Shown piece by piece: positions 42,970-59,204 of a DNA stretch of 64,000 bases. Under the pieces are notes generated by a model that searched no databases, was not told where the DNA came from, and worked only from the letters and a program-made list of their open reading frames with translations. The DNA comes from the human T2T-CHM13v2.0 reference genome, Homo sapiens, in the NCBI RefSeq assembly GCF_009914755.1, contig NC_060932.1; one strand, 5' to 3'. Both the position numbers and the translations under genes were made by a program. The number at the start of each line of letters is the position of its first letter. Position 1 is the first letter of the stretch.

Positions 42970-44185
42970 ATCTACGTACCCTATTCTCAAACAGGTTTGT
43001 AAGGTCTAAGATTTAATGAAATGTTTATTGGTGAAAATGAGGAAAAATGAGTAGGTCAAGATTACACTTATAGCTGCTCAGTCTAATAGCTATATTTTTA
43101 ACAAGTCTTCGGTTAAACTCAATCTCCTCTATTCTTTCCTCAACTATAAAATGTAATGACAATAATATCTATCTAATGAAATTATTACAAAGCATATGAA
43201 AAATAAAACTTAGAAATTATGTATCATATATTTGCTCAATCAAATGATAGTCATTGTCTTTTTCAATTATTTTACAACTACTTGTGATATTTTCATAAAA
43301 ATAGTCTGCTGCTAAAACATAACTTAAAATTCTACAGTAAGATTTCTTCACCTTTATTTTACATTCAGTTGTTTGAAAAGCTTAAAAAAAATTTAAACAA
43401 CAAAAAAATCCAGATAATTTTTTGTATGTTAAATTTTTTCATTTTCTTTATGCAAAAGCATTTTTAATGAAATCCCTCATTTTTAATTATCTATTTTTTG
43501 TTTGAAAATTTTTAATTATCTGTTTTTTCCTAATGAAAATTATTTTCTTTTGCCTAATGAAAAGTATGGCTCCTAAAACTCTTTAAATTTCTATTTTTAT
43601 AATTGCTGCTCAAATGTAACAATGAGCATGTATGCTTAAGCAAGCAATTAATATGACTTCAAAGTATGTTTTATTCCTAACCAAATTTCCCTTTGTTATT
43701 TCAATATGGTATCCAATTGGAGAATTTGAATTTTATTAATTTGCATGTATCCATTCTAATTTGCGTGTATCTTTTGGAATAGGCCAGTTTTTTACATAAA
43801 CATAAAAGTAAACAAACAGATACTATATACTTAGACATGTAATGATTAGTTAAAAGTCACTACTTTCCCTACCTCAACATTGCTGGTAGTCTGAGTGATA
43901 TTTTATAGCAAAAAAAGTTTAAAGAATAAAGCCAGGTTTTAATTGAAATTGGCTAGTAAACTTCTTAGTCTTAATGATTCTATGAGGAAGAGACTAGGTC
44001 AGAACTTTTCATTTTAGATTTTATATGTATATATAAAATATATAAATATATATATATATATTTTTAATGTGGCTCAGTGTATAAGCTCCTGAAATTTCAC
44101 ACCTATGACCATGTACCAAAGACAATATGACTTTTACAGAAAAATGAGGGTACAATTTGAATACCAGCTCTGCTTTATGATATTT

Positions 44186-44499
44186 GTGTGTTTTTTTTAA
44201 TGTATTTATTTATTTTGAGACGGAGTCTCTCTCTGTCACCCACTCTGGGGTGCAGTGATGTGATCTTGGCTCACTGCAATCTCCTTGCCTCTTAGATTCA
44301 AGCAATTCTCCTGCCTCAGCCCCCTAAGTAGCTGAGATTACAGGTGCCCACCACCATACCCAGCTAATTTTTCTATTTTAGTGGAGACGGGGTTTCACCA
44401 TGTTGGTCAGGGTGATATCGAACTCCTGACCTCAAGCAATCCACCCACCTTGGCCTCCCAAAGTGCAGGGATTACAGGCATGAGCCACCGTGCCCGGCC
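44186..44499 (-). mobile_element. AluS (Sx/Sz-like) inserted in a MIR remnant
   Basis: Full antisense dimer; TSD ttatgatattt/ttatgatcttt. Confidence 0.93.
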
Positions 44500-44644
44500 T
44501 TATGATCTTTAAACTTCAAAATGTTAAGGTTTTTTTGTACCCTCCCTTTTCAAATACAAAGTGGAGGCAATAATGTCTTCATTGCAAATTGGGTTTAGAA
44601 TTACATGAGATTAAGCATTCTGTAAAGAGCCTAGAAGAGCAGCA

Positions 44645-44970
44645 CTACGTTGGAATATATGATGTACCTTCAAAATCCCAATGTCCAAGCCACAGTCATA
44701 TTAATTAAATTAGAATACGTGGGTATGAAATCCAGCCATTAGCATTTTTATTATCCTCTCAGTTGATTCTAAAACACAGCCAAGCTCAACAATTATAGGT
44801 CTGCAGCAAGAGTTCTCAAACTTCAATTAGAAACTGATCAACTGGGGGTTTTGTTAGAGTCAAGGCTCAGCAGTACCAGGGAGGCTTCTTAAATTCTTCC
44901 CTTCTGAAAAATACCCACAGCTGATGCTGGTGGCTGCTGTGCATGGAGTATACGTGGAGTAGCAAGGGCT
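44645..44970. mobile_element. Adjacent MER5-type hAT fossils
   Basis: cagttgattctaaaacacagccaag and gttctcaaactt...cagctgatgctggtggctgctg..gagtagcaaggg. Confidence 0.55.
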
Positions 44971-45406
44971 CAATGATACTGTTTTTATTTACTTTCTGTA
45001 GAGGAGGTTTGAAATCCAGGCAGAAAATTGAAAACTGGTTTATTTGTTTACTTTTCAATTCACTACAATGATGCAATTCCTATGCTCAGCAAACTAATTT
45101 GGCGTTTAAGGCACAATCTTAATTATTATTAATATAAATTAAAAATTTGAGAAGTTTATTTCCAAAACATAATGATTCCTTTTCTTTTCCTTCTAAGGTA
45201 AAACTGAAAACTACACAGGAAACATTTATAAGTAGAAATTATAAAAATTACAATTATAGTTCCAGAGCTATATTATATATAGCTCAAATTATATTTTGTC
45301 TAAAAAATTAGTTTAAATTCTGAATCAGATTTAAACTTTTTAAATTAAAAAGTATTCTTATTTTTTATTCTACATTATTAAAAGAGTATTCTAAGATATA
45401 AACATG

Positions 45407-45409
<3 letters not shown>

Positions 45410-45446
<37 letters not shown>
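45410..45446. repeat. (CA)n microsatellite
   Basis: Directly visible. Confidence 0.95.
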
Positions 45447-45449
<3 letters not shown>

Positions 45450-46637
45450 ACACCATATTGTGCTTACAAAAGAATTATATTAGCATGAATATATGAATAT
45501 GAGAGTTTTTCCAGATGGATGCTTCTGGAGAATTGTAGCCATTCCATTTTTGAGTCTTTCTGTCTTCTTTCCAAATAAGCTGGTGATATTAATGAGATTT
45601 TTTTGTTTGTGCCTGAAGAGTTTCTTAAAACGGTTACGGGACTTCAGAGAGATTACCTCAGGTTGTCCCTACATTTTATTTTATATACTATTGCTTTTTC
45701 AAAAGACATGTCTTTCAGTGACTGAAAATTGCTTATTGGAGAAATCATAAGAAAAAAAAATCCCTCAAAGTAATAGTCTAGATTTTTTCTCTCTTTGAAT
45801 GTATTTTAAAATACTTACTTAAAAAGGTTATGTTTGTGCACTACTCATTTGTTTTATTATAATTATTTGCAAATAGTCAGGGACACACAGGTTATTAGTG
45901 TCATATAGCACTAATACAAGAATTGTAAAACACAGTTGTTTTCTTTTGGGGAAGTGTAGAGAAAAACTTACAAGTGGAGAAAGAGCAGAGCGCACAAAAT
46001 ACCAAATCTCCCATTGTCTCAGAGGGAGCCGTGCCAGTGTTCAGTTCTGGACTGCACACGTAATGGCTGCTCTTCTCAGAAAGTATACCCCACCTTCTGA
46101 ATATTTTATGCATCATAGAGATAGGAAGTCAAGGAAATTCTAAATGAGGTCATAAGAATGAAATTGTTCCTCACTGAGGAAAAGCCTTTGCTCAGATACA
46201 AACTGGGAGCCTCCAAGCTCTGGAACATGAGTCTCCTCTCATGGGATGACTCAGCTTTCTGCTAAGTTCCTTCAAAGGGGGAGGACATGAATTTATACGG
46301 TCATCCAGATCTTTGTCTCCCAGAAATATTAACATCCCACTAAACTGTCAGTGCCTGGTAAGCATATATATACTCATTCTGCTAATTAATCATAACTGGA
46401 TTTTGTTACAGAGCATCCACAGAAAAACTTTTATATTTGAGTTACAAAATACATTAAAGTATAAATCTAAAGCATAAAATTAATGAAAAACTACACACCA
46501 ATTGTTCTAGTTTACCTGAAAATCTTTATACTAAAAAGATACATTATACATTCAAGTGCATTCATTTAAAATATTTCACAGGTTAAAAGAGAATAATTGA
46601 AATTTGGTTTGAAATATGCAAAAGCCAGGACTGCTGG

Positions 46638-46647
46638 CAAGATGGCC
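46638..46647 (+). promoter_or_regulatory. YY1 site of the L1 5'UTR internal promoter
   Basis: caagatggcc at the canonical position just inside the L1 5' end; activity not shown. Confidence 0.7.
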
Positions 46648-47975
46648 AAATAGGAGCAGCTCCAGTCTGCAGCTCCCAGCGAGATCGAGGCAGAAAGTGT
46701 GTGATTTTTGCATTTCCAACTGAGGTAACCAGTTCATCTCATTGGGACTGGTTGGACAGTGGATGCAGCCCAAGGAGGGCCAGCCAAAGCAGGGTGGGGC
46801 ATCGCCTCACCCAGGAAGTGCAATGGGTCAGGGAACTCCCTCTCCTAGCCAAGGAAGCCATTAGGGACTGTACAGTGCACTCCAGCCCAGATACTGTGCT
46901 TTTTCCATGGTCTTTGCAACCTACAGACCAGTAGATTCACTCCAGTGCCCACACCACCAGGGCCCTGGGTTTCTAGCAAAAAACTGGATGGCAGTTTGGG
47001 CAGACATTGAGCTAGCTGCAGGAGTTTTTTTTTTTTTTTTTTTTTTTTTTCATTCCACAGTGGCACCCAGAACAACAGCGAGACAGAACCGTTCACTCAC
47101 GTGGAAGGGGGGCTGAAGCCAGGGAGCCACATGGTCTGGCTCAGCTGGTCTCACAACCACAGAGCTCAGCAAGCTAAGATCCACTGGCTTGAAATTCTCG
47201 CTACTAGCACAGCAGTCTGAGCTCGACCTGGGATGCTAGAGCTTGGTGCGGGGAGGGGTGTCTGCCATTGCTGAAGCTTGAGTAGGCTGTTTTACCCTCA
47301 CAGTGTAAACAAAGCCACCTGGAAATTTGAACTGGGAGGAGCCCACCGCAGCTCAGCAAGGCCACTGCGGCCAGACTGCCCCTCCAGATTCCCTCCTCTC
47401 TGGGCAGGGCATCTCTGGAAAAAAAGGCAGCAGCCCGAGTCAGGGACTTATATATGAAATTCCACCTCTCTGGAGCAGAGCAGGCAGGAAGGCGTGGTTG
47501 GGGGTGCAGCTTCAGCAGACTTAAACTTCCCTGCCTGGCAGCTCTGAAGAGAGCAGGGAATCTCCCAGCACAGCACTCGAGCTCTGATAACAGACAGACT
47601 GCCTCCTCAAGTGGATCCCCGACTCCCATGTATCCTGACTAGGAGTCAGCTACCAGTAGGGGCCAACAGACAACTCATACAGAAGAGCTCTGGTTGTCAT
47701 TTGGCAAGTGCCCCTCTGGGATGAAGCTTCCAGAGGAAGAAACAGGCAGCAATCTTTGCTGTTCTGTAGCCTCCACTGGTGATACCCAGGCAAGCAAGGT
47801 CTGGAGTGACCTCCAGCAAACTCCATCAGACCAGCAGCAAAGGGGCTTGACTCGTTAGGAGGAAAACTAACAAACAGAAAGGAATAGTATCAACATCAAC
47901 AAAAACGACATCCACTCAGAGACCCCAGCTGAAGGTCACCGACTTCAAAGACCAAAGGTAGATAAATCCACGAAG

Positions 47976-49270
<1,295 letters not shown>

Positions 49271-50353
49271 TATGAAGAAACTGCATCACTAATGGGCAAA
49301 ATAACCAGCTAGCATCATAATGACAGGATCAAATTCACAAATAACAATATTAATCTTAAAATGTAAATAGGATAGTTGCCTCAATTAAAAGACACAGACT
49401 AGCGAATTGGATAAAAGCTGAAAATCCATCTCTGTGCTGTATTCAGGAGACCCATCTCACATGCAGAGACACATACGGTCTCAAAATAAAGGGATGGAGG
49501 AATATTTAACAGCAAATGAAAGGCAAAAAAAAAAAGCAGGGGTTGCAATCCTAGTCTCTTATAAAACAGACTTTAAACCAACAAAGTTCAAAAGAGACAA
49601 AGAAGGCCATTACATAATGGTAAAGGAGATCAATGAAACAAAAAGAGGATGCACCCAATACAGGAGCATCCAGAATCATAAAGCAAGCTCTTAGAGACCT
49701 ACAAAGAGACTTAAACTCCCACAGAATAATAGTGGGAGATTTTAACACCCCACTGTCCATATTAGACAGATCAATGAGACTGAAAATTAACAAGTATATC
49801 CAGTACTTGAACTCAGCTCTGGACCAAGAGGACCTAATAGACATCTACAGAACTCTCCACCCCAAATCAACAGAATATACATTCTCCTCAGCACCATATC
49901 ACACTTATTCTAAAATTGACCACATAATTGGAAGTAAAACACTCCTTAGCAAACGCAAAAGAATGGAAATCATAAACAATCTCTCAGACCACAGTGCAAT
50001 CAAATTAGAACTCAAGATTAGGAAACTCACTCAAAACTGCACAACTACATGGAAACTGAACAACCTGCTCCTGAATGACTACTGGGTACATAATGAAATG
50101 AAGGCAGAAATAAAGATGTTCTTTGAAACCAATGAGAACAAAGACACAACATACCAGAATATCTGGGACACATTTAAAGCAGTGTGTAGAGGGATACTTA
50201 TAGTACTAAATGCCCACAAGAGAAAGCAAGAAAGATCTAAAATCGACACCCTAACATCACATTTAAAAGAACTAGAGAAGCAGGAGCAAAAAAATTCAAA
50301 AGCTAGCAGAAGGCAAGAAATAACTAAAATCAGAGCAGAACTGAAGGAGATAG

Positions 50354-50467
<114 letters not shown>

Positions 50468-50470
50468 TAA

Positions 50471-50779
<309 letters not shown>

Positions 50780-51643
50780 TGAAACTATTCCAAACAATAG
50801 AAAAAGAGGGAATCCTCCCTAACTTATTTTATGAGGCTAGCATCATGTGAATACCAAAACCTGGCAGAGACACAACAAAGAAAGCTTTCAGGCCAATATC
50901 CTTGATGAACATTGATGTGAAAATGCTCAATAAAATATATCAAACTGAATCCAGCAGCACATCAAAAAGCTTATCCACCATGATCAAGTCAGCTTCATCC
51001 TGGGGACGCAAGGCTGGTTCAACATGCACAAATCAATAAATGTAATCCATCACATAAACACAACCAACGAAAAAAACCACATGATCATCTCAATAGATGA
51101 CGAAAAGGCCTTCGACAAAATTTAGCAGCCCTTCATGCTAGAAACTCTCAATAAACTAGGTATTGATGGAACATATCTCGAAATGATAAGAGCTATTCAT
51201 GACAAACCCACAGCCAATATCATACTGAATGGGCAAAAACTGGAAGCATTCCCTTTGAAACTGGCACAAGACAAGGATGCCCTCTCTCACCACTTCTATT
51301 CAACATAGTATTGGAAGTTCTGGCCAGGGCAATCAGGCAAAAGAAAGAAATGAAGGGTATTCAGTTAGGAAAAGAGAAAGTCAAATTGTCTCTCTTTGCA
51401 GATGACATAATTGTATATTTAGAAAATCCCATCATCGCAGCCCAAAATCTCCTTAAGCTGATAAGCAACTTCAGCAAAGTCTCCAGATACAAAATCAATG
51501 TCCAAAAATCACAAGCATTCCTATACCCTAATAATAGACAAACAGAGAGCTAAATGATGAGTGAACTCCCATTCACAATTGCTACAAAGAGAATAAAATA
51601 CATAGGAATACAACTTATAAGGGATGTGAAGAACATCTTCTAG

Positions 51644-51766
<123 letters not shown>

Positions 51767-54439
51767 TGATTCAATGCTATCCCCATCAAGCTACCATTGA
51801 CTTTCTTCACAGAATTGGAAAAAACTACTTTAAATTTTATATGGAACCAAAAAAGAGCCTGCATAGCCAAGACAATCCTAAGCAAAAAGAAAAAAGCTGG
51901 AGGCATCAGGCTACCTGACTTCAAACTATACTACAAGGCTACAGTAACTAAAATAGTATGGTACTGGTACCAAAACAGATATATAGACCAATGGAAAAGA
52001 ACAGCGGCCTCAGAAATATACCACATATCTACAACCATATGATCTTTGACAAACCTGACAAAACCAAGCAATGGGGAAAGAATACCCTATTTAATAAATG
52101 GTGTTGGGAAAACTGGCTAGCCATATGCAGAAAGTAGAAACTGTGTCCCTTCCTTACACCTTACAGAAAAATTAACTCAAGATGGATTAAAGACTTTGAC
52201 TTAAGACTTAAAACCATAAAAACCCTAGAAGAAAACCTAGGCAATACCATTCAGGACATAGGCATAGGTAAAGACTTCATGACTAAAACACCAAAGGCAA
52301 TGGCAACAAAAGCCAAAATTGATAAATAGGATCTAATTAAACTAAAAAGCTTCTGCACAGCAAAAGAAACTGTCATCAGAGTGAACAGGCAACCTACAGA
52401 ACGGGCGAGAATTTTTGCAGTCTATCCATATGAATCTGACAAAGGGCAAATATCCAGAATCTAAAAAGAACTTAAACAAATTTACAAGAAAAACTCAAAC
52501 AACCCCATCAAAAAGTGGGCGAAGGAGGTGAAAAGACACTTCTCAAAAGAAGACATTTATGCAGCCAACAAACATGAAAAATTGCTCGTCATCACTGGTC
52601 ATCAGAGAAAGGCAACTCAAAACTACAATGAGATACCATCTCGTGCCAGTTAGAATGGCGATCATTAAAAAGTCAGGAAACAACAGATGCTGGAGAGGAT
52701 GTGGAGAAATAGAAATGCTTTTACACCGTTGGTGGCAGTGTAAATTAGTTCAACCATTGTGGAAGACAGTGTGGCGATTCCTCAATGATCTAGAACTAGA
52801 AATACCATTTGACCCAGGAATCCCATTACTGGGTGTATACTCAAAGGGTTATAAATCATTCTCCTATAAATGCACATGCACACATATGTTTATTGCTATT
52901 CACTATTCACTATTCACAATAAAAAAGACTTGGAACCAACACAAATGCCCATCAATGACAGATTGAACAAAGATAATGTGACACATATATACCATGGAAT
53001 AGCATGCAGCCATAAAAAAGGATGAGTTCATGTCCTCTGCAGGGACATGGATGAAGCTGGAAACCATCATTCTCAGCAAACTAACACAGGAACAGAAAAC
53101 CAAACACCACATGTTCTCACTCATTTGTAGGAGCTGAACAATGAGAACACGTGGACACAGAGAGGGAAACATCACACATTGGGGCCTGTCAGGGGGTGGG
53201 GGACTAAGGGAGGGATAGCATTAGGAGAAATACCTAATGTAGATGGCGGGTTGATGAGTGCAGCAAACCATCATGGCACGTGTATACCTATGTAACAAAC
53301 CTGCATATTCTGCACATGTATCCCAGAACTTAAAGTATAATAATAAAAAAAGAAATATGCAAAAGCCTTATAACCATTCCCCAGTAAGGACTTATGGTTT
53401 TTATAATGTCTTTATTATTAAATATGAGGTAAATAATAATAACGATCCAAGTCTAGGCTAAATAATCTCTGAAATATCCTGAAAACATGTACTTCATTTT
53501 CATCGATTATCAATAAATAAATATGATAATCAATAAATAAGATGGCATTTACCAAAGTAAAATTAGAAAAATTAGAAGCATAGAAAAGTAATATAATGAA
53601 TAAAAATGAAAACAGATTATTTAGTGGTAACAGAAAGGTATTATGATAAAACCAGTAAAAGTATTAATAATATGAAGAATATCTGACTGCCAGTATTCTG
53701 CATCGTTTACTAGTTCAATTATTTTGCATATATTACTTACAGTTCTCTAGGCTTGATTCTTCATTTTAAAAATGAGAATGAAACACACACACATACACAT
53801 GGACACTTGAAGGCCATGTAGGTTACATAGTAACCTAAATTACTGTTGTGTAGTTCAGCCGTAATAACAGACACTGGTGAAATCTTTTCTTTTCATCATA
53901 AAATTTCAGGAGAAATACACACACATATGCACGCACACACACACAAGCGCATATTATATTTACAAACACATACATATAGATATATACAAAAATAAATGAA
54001 ATAATAAATGTTATATTAATTTACCTACATATGAAAGCATATGTATCAAGTCATTTTTATTCATCAGAATAAGAAGCATATCTAACCACTCACACAGATC
54101 AACAATTTATACATATATTGAAAACATATTTTCTTATCTTTTGGATGTTTGTTGTATAGCATATGAAAAGAATAACTAAGACACACCTATAGTCATTAAC
54201 GGTTTTCTTGATCTGTTCATCTTCTACAAAAATTATATCTAGTAGTCTGTTTTTGCATTCATATCTTTTCTCTCATTTTATAACACTAAAAATAACAATA
54301 TTGATATTTAAATAATTTACCACCTTGGATATGGTATATTTTTCTATTAATGCTGTTTTTGGCATTTTAAGATTAGAAAAATTTTAAGAGAATTACCTAT
54401 ATGGTATATATTTTGATGTTCAAAAATTTTTAAAGCACC

Positions 54440-54526
54440 TTATTAGGGTTCTCTAGAGAGACAGAACTAATGGAACGTGTGTGTGTGTGTGTGTGAGTTT
54501 TATACATATATATATACACATACATC

Positions 54527-54587
<61 letters not shown>

Positions 54588-54967
54588 CTTTATTAAGTAT
54601 TAACTAACACGATCACAAGGTCCCACAACAGGCCATCTGCAGCCTGAGGAGCAAGGAAAGCCAGTCCAAGTTCCAAAACTGAAGAACTTAGAGTCCAATG
54701 TTCAAGAGCAGGAAGCATCCAGCACAGGAGAAAGATGTAGGCTGGGAGGCTAGGCCAGTCTCTCTTTTATTTTTCTGCCTGCTTCTATTCTAGCCAGGCT
54801 GGCTGCTGATTAGATTATGCCTACCCAGATTAAAGGGTGGATCTGCCTTTCCCAGCCCACTGATTCAAATGTTAATCTCCTTTGGCAACACCCTCACAGA
54901 CACAGGCAGGATCAATACTTTGTATCCTTCAATCCAATCAAGTTGACACTCAGTATTAACTATCACA
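54440..54967 (-). mobile_element. MLT2A1-like solo LTR with internal (TG)n/(TA)n microsatellite (54477-54585)
   Basis: agggttctctagagagacagaactaatgga...gatcacaaggtcccacaa...caagttgacactcagtattaactatcaca. Confidence 0.9.
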
Positions 54968-55731
54968 AATACCAATATAGAATAGATATAATAATAAAAA
55001 ATGCAGATAATATATGATAAATAATACCTCTCCTACCACCACGTAGCACTTCTTAGAATAAATTTAGTATTTATTGTGCATGTAAGCATTGGAAAAGACT
55101 ACTCAATCAAATAAGTCACGTCATGTTTCTAATCATAGCTCTGGGCAGTAACAGTATTAACTAGCCCCTTTTCTAAGATTTAAGAAGTGCTATGCCTAAT
55201 TTATTTTACATTGGCAATGGCCTGAATCAAGTCTTAAAACAAAGTTATGCCTAAATTATTAAAAGTGTGACTTGATTTTGAATGAAAATTTAAAAGACTA
55301 AATCAAGATATGTTAAAAGCAACATGCGTTATTTCAAAGATCCAAAGGAACAATTATGGTGACATCAATAACTCTTTTCATTATAAGATGATACGCTTCA
55401 TGAAGTCAATATTGTTGAAAAGAAAAAGACACCTACCTCTGAATTGCACAAGTATTTTAACTATTTGATTACTGTATTCCTAAAACTACCATTACTTCAT
55501 AATTTTAAGCTGGACTGGTATAATAGTGGTAGGCATGAGGCGTATGCCCCTTCACTACTAAATTATTTATTTCCTCAGCCATGCTTCTGGCTACTTGGTT
55601 GCCATACTCCACATAAATTGTCCTGAGATGGAAAGAGCTACATCACCCAAAAAATGATAAATGTAGGACTATGAGGACCTAGCCATTTATTTACAATGCA
55701 GCCTCAATATGAAAAGCTGCTTATAATCTAT

Positions 55732-55732
<1 letters not shown>

Positions 55733-55768
<36 letters not shown>

Positions 55769-55856
55769 ATCCATCTGTCTTATCTGTCATCTATCTTTTC
55801 TATCTTATCTATCATTATCTATCTAAGTACTCTCTACCTATCTATCTATCTATCTA
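55733..55856. repeat. (TATC)n tetranucleotide STR, 9 perfect units at 55733-55768 plus a degenerate tail
   Basis: Directly visible. Confidence 0.92.
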
Positions 55857-56014
55857 AACAATCACAACACTGTGTAATCGTAAAAAATATGGAACAAGTA
55901 GGATTCCCAATAGCTGCTGGTGGAAGTAAAATGATTGCACACACTTTGGAGCGTTCAATAAAGTTAAATACACACAATATAACCCAGCAATTTCTCTCTT
56001 AGCAAGTGGAAATG

Positions 56015-56872
56015 CACAGGTCTTTGAATAACGTCATTTAATTCAACATCTTCTTGTTATTTTAATATAATGTTGATGAGAAAATAAATGATTCCTGTCT
56101 GGAGCCAGTCTGTGGTGTTTGCAAGTTCTCCCCATGTCTGCCTGGGTTTTCTCCAGGTCTCCTTGTTTACTCCCACACCCCAAAGATGTGCATGTTAGGT
56201 TCCTTGGCATGTCTGTATGGTTCCATTCTGAGTGAGTGTGGGGGGTGTGTGAGCGTGCCCTGCAATGAAATACTGTCCTGCATAAAGTGGATTCGTCCCT
56301 TCGGCCCTGAGCTGCCAGGACAGGCTGTGGTCACCTGTGACCCTGCACTGGAATAAGCTGATTAGAAAGTGAATGAATGCAAAACACAAATTGTCCTAAA
56401 ATAAACATCTGTAAAGTATATGATAATCATACAAATGCACAACAATAAATGATGTGAGAGGAAAACTCTCAGCAAGCCTGCCATATTTGTGATTGTTTTT
56501 GACCTGCACGGTGGTAGAAGGTACTCCTTACAATTTTTTGCTTTGCAATCACTTATTCCTTGATTTAAGTCACGACGATGACCACCATCACTCCCTGAAT
56601 CACTAAAAATTGTAAATTATTATCTTACTTGTTTTTATTAATCTTTCTTAAGGGTATACATAGCTCACATTTATGTTAATGTTCAATGATAGAAGTCTTT
56701 CAGGTCTTTATCTGGAAGTTGGGTAATGTTTTTGTGGCCAGAAATATGACATGGGGAATTAACTCTTGTTTCTGTCACTTAGCCTATGGTAAAATTGATT
56801 TGGTTATACATCATTTTGCTTAAAGTCACCATTTCCAAGAACCTGTCAACAATGTTAAGTAAGGACTTAGTG
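56015..56872 (+). mobile_element. MER6 (TcMar-Tigger) near full length, inserted in an old L1M (~55870-57310)
   Basis: caggtctttgaataacgtc...gttctccccatgtctgcctgggttttctcc...aatgttaagtaaggacttagtg followed by TA. Confidence 0.85.
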
Positions 56873-57429
56873 TATACATGCCTCAAGCCCATGTGTAAGA
56901 ATATTCATAGAGGCAGTATTTAGAATAGAGGCATTTTCAGAACAAAGAAGTTACTCAAATATATCATCAATAGAATATTAAAAATCTGCACAAAAGGATA
57001 CTGTATTAAAAAACTAGTTACTGTGATGTATTAGGTTAAATTTTACAAACATAATACATACAAATATATGATTTTATAAATCTGGAATACAAAGCCAGGC
57101 AAACTTTTATGGGGTTAAAAATCAGGCTGTTACTTGCCTTTGAGTGAAGAGAGAAATTACTGACTCAGAAGTGGCAGGACAGGAGCATTACCAGTGGTAG
57201 TAATTTTTAAAACTGGTGTGTGATTATTAATGTGTTAATTTTTTAATAATTTATTGAAATTAGCATTTATGATTTGAACACTGATATCTGTTTTATATTT
57301 CATTTTTAAAGATGACTGAAAAGGTAAAAATTTAGAAGTAACTCTTTTGCATTTAAGTTGTGAATATAATTTTTGTTCTTGTGTAGAAAGAATTACATTC
57401 AAAGGGGCATATTATATTCAAATCAAACA

Positions 57430-57600
57430 TGAATTAGTGTCCAGGAGACCTGGATTTACATTCTTATAGTTGCATTAGGTATTGGGGTGACCTCAGCAAA
57501 ATAGTTTAACCTTTTTGAACTTAATTCAACCTGTCTACATAATTGAAAATCTGAAGGCTGGGTTCAATACTTCTGAAACTATTCAGTTGGCAAGTGAGCT
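57430..57600 (+). mobile_element. MIR fragment
   Basis: gtccaggagacctggattt...gtgacctcagcaaaatagtttaacctttttgaac. Confidence 0.55.
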
Positions 57601-58205
57601 GTTTCACATTTGGGCTCTCCAATAGAGAATACAACATCCATCTTACCTTTACTCCTGAGAAACACAAACCTTTTTTCAATCTGGGCACAATATTCCTTAC
57701 AAAGTTTGTGGGAAGTAATATGTTTACTTGCAACCTGTTTTTTCTACCTGTTCACATTAGGTAGAAGTTTTTGGCAGTGAATGATAAGAGCAAGTGTTGG
57801 GTGAGATTGACAGTGCTATTTCAATGTGGCTGAATCTTTAGGGAAGGGCTTGCCCTCTTCCCTTTCTTTCTCCTTTCAACTATTTTGGCATCCTGGTATA
57901 GTCAGTGCAGAGCTGGCATAAATGAGGCTCAGAATGCCAAACAGATATTGGCTGCTGTTTACTCAGCAGTGTAATAATTACCAAGGTGCAAGGAAACCTA
58001 GGCAGCTACGTACAGTTGGAGCCTCCTTTTGTTTTTTATACTAGTCTAACATTGTCATAACTAGAGTTCTAGAAGTCAAAATAAAACAATCAACTTAAAA
58101 ACCATCAACAAGGATAGTGAAGTATGGTATAGAGAACTCCATAGATGCTCAACCCTGGAATACTTAGCTCCATACTTCTTTTATATGAAGTATGAATTTC
58201 TTTTT

Positions 58206-58490
58206 TTTTTTTTTTTTTTTGAGACAGAGTCTCGCTCTATCACCCAGGCTGGAGTGCAGTGGCACGATCTTGGCTCACTCCAAGCTCCACTTCCCAGGTT
58301 CACATGCCATTCTCCTCCCTCAACCTCCCGAGTAGCTGGGACTACAGGCACCCACCACCATGCCTGGCTAATTTTTTTGTATTTTTAGTAGAGACTGGGT
58401 TTCACCATGTTAGCTAGGATGGTCTCGATCTCCTGACCTCGTGATCCGCCCGGACTTGGCCTCCCAAAGTGCTGGGATTACAGGCGTGAG
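58206..58490 (-). mobile_element. AluY, slightly 5'-truncated
   Basis: gatggtctcgatctcctgacctcgtgatccgccc and caagctcc..gccattctcct; TSD atgaatttcttttt at 58192-58205 and 58491-58504. Confidence 0.93.
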
Positions 58491-59204
58491 ATGAATTTCT
58501 TTTATATGAAGTTTTAAATTTAACATTTTGATTAATTCAGTGCTGTAAAGCATTTTCACTAATACAATAATGAACTTAATCTTCAACAATGTGGGCTGAC
58601 ATATAATTATAATAAGCTATTCTTTGGCAAAATAACATTAATTTTTAAAATTAATTGTTATGGATAAAAATAATGAATATCAAACATTGAGCATACAACT
58701 GCATAATCACTGCCCTTTAATTTATAACCTCCACAACAAATTTCTGCATACCTCTCTGCTTTTACTCATATCCTTGGAATCTATCTGAATTCTTGCTAAA
58801 ATGCACTTCCTCGTTCTTCCTCTCTAAATACATAATTAATTGAGTCCACAAGTCTATTAGTTATTGCACATCACTGGACTGATATTTCAGAGATATCTGA
58901 AAATTTTTTCATATCTTCTGTCTTTCAGAACATATGAAGTATTTATTTATACTGCTATTTGTACTTTTTGTTTTTCACTTTCCAGTCAGTATATTTGTTA
59001 TACTGTTCTGTTGCATAATATTTTTACAACTCTTGCATTTTGAATTATTTTATAAAAAGAATCTTACGCTTGCTTATGAAATCAAAGTTGCTGTTTAGCT
59101 CTCAACTGGAAGAAAGATTCAAAAGATGTACGGTTTCTCCTTGGGTCATGAATAACACATTCTGAATATGTTAATTAACATATAGCATCTCAGCATGTAG
59201 TAGA

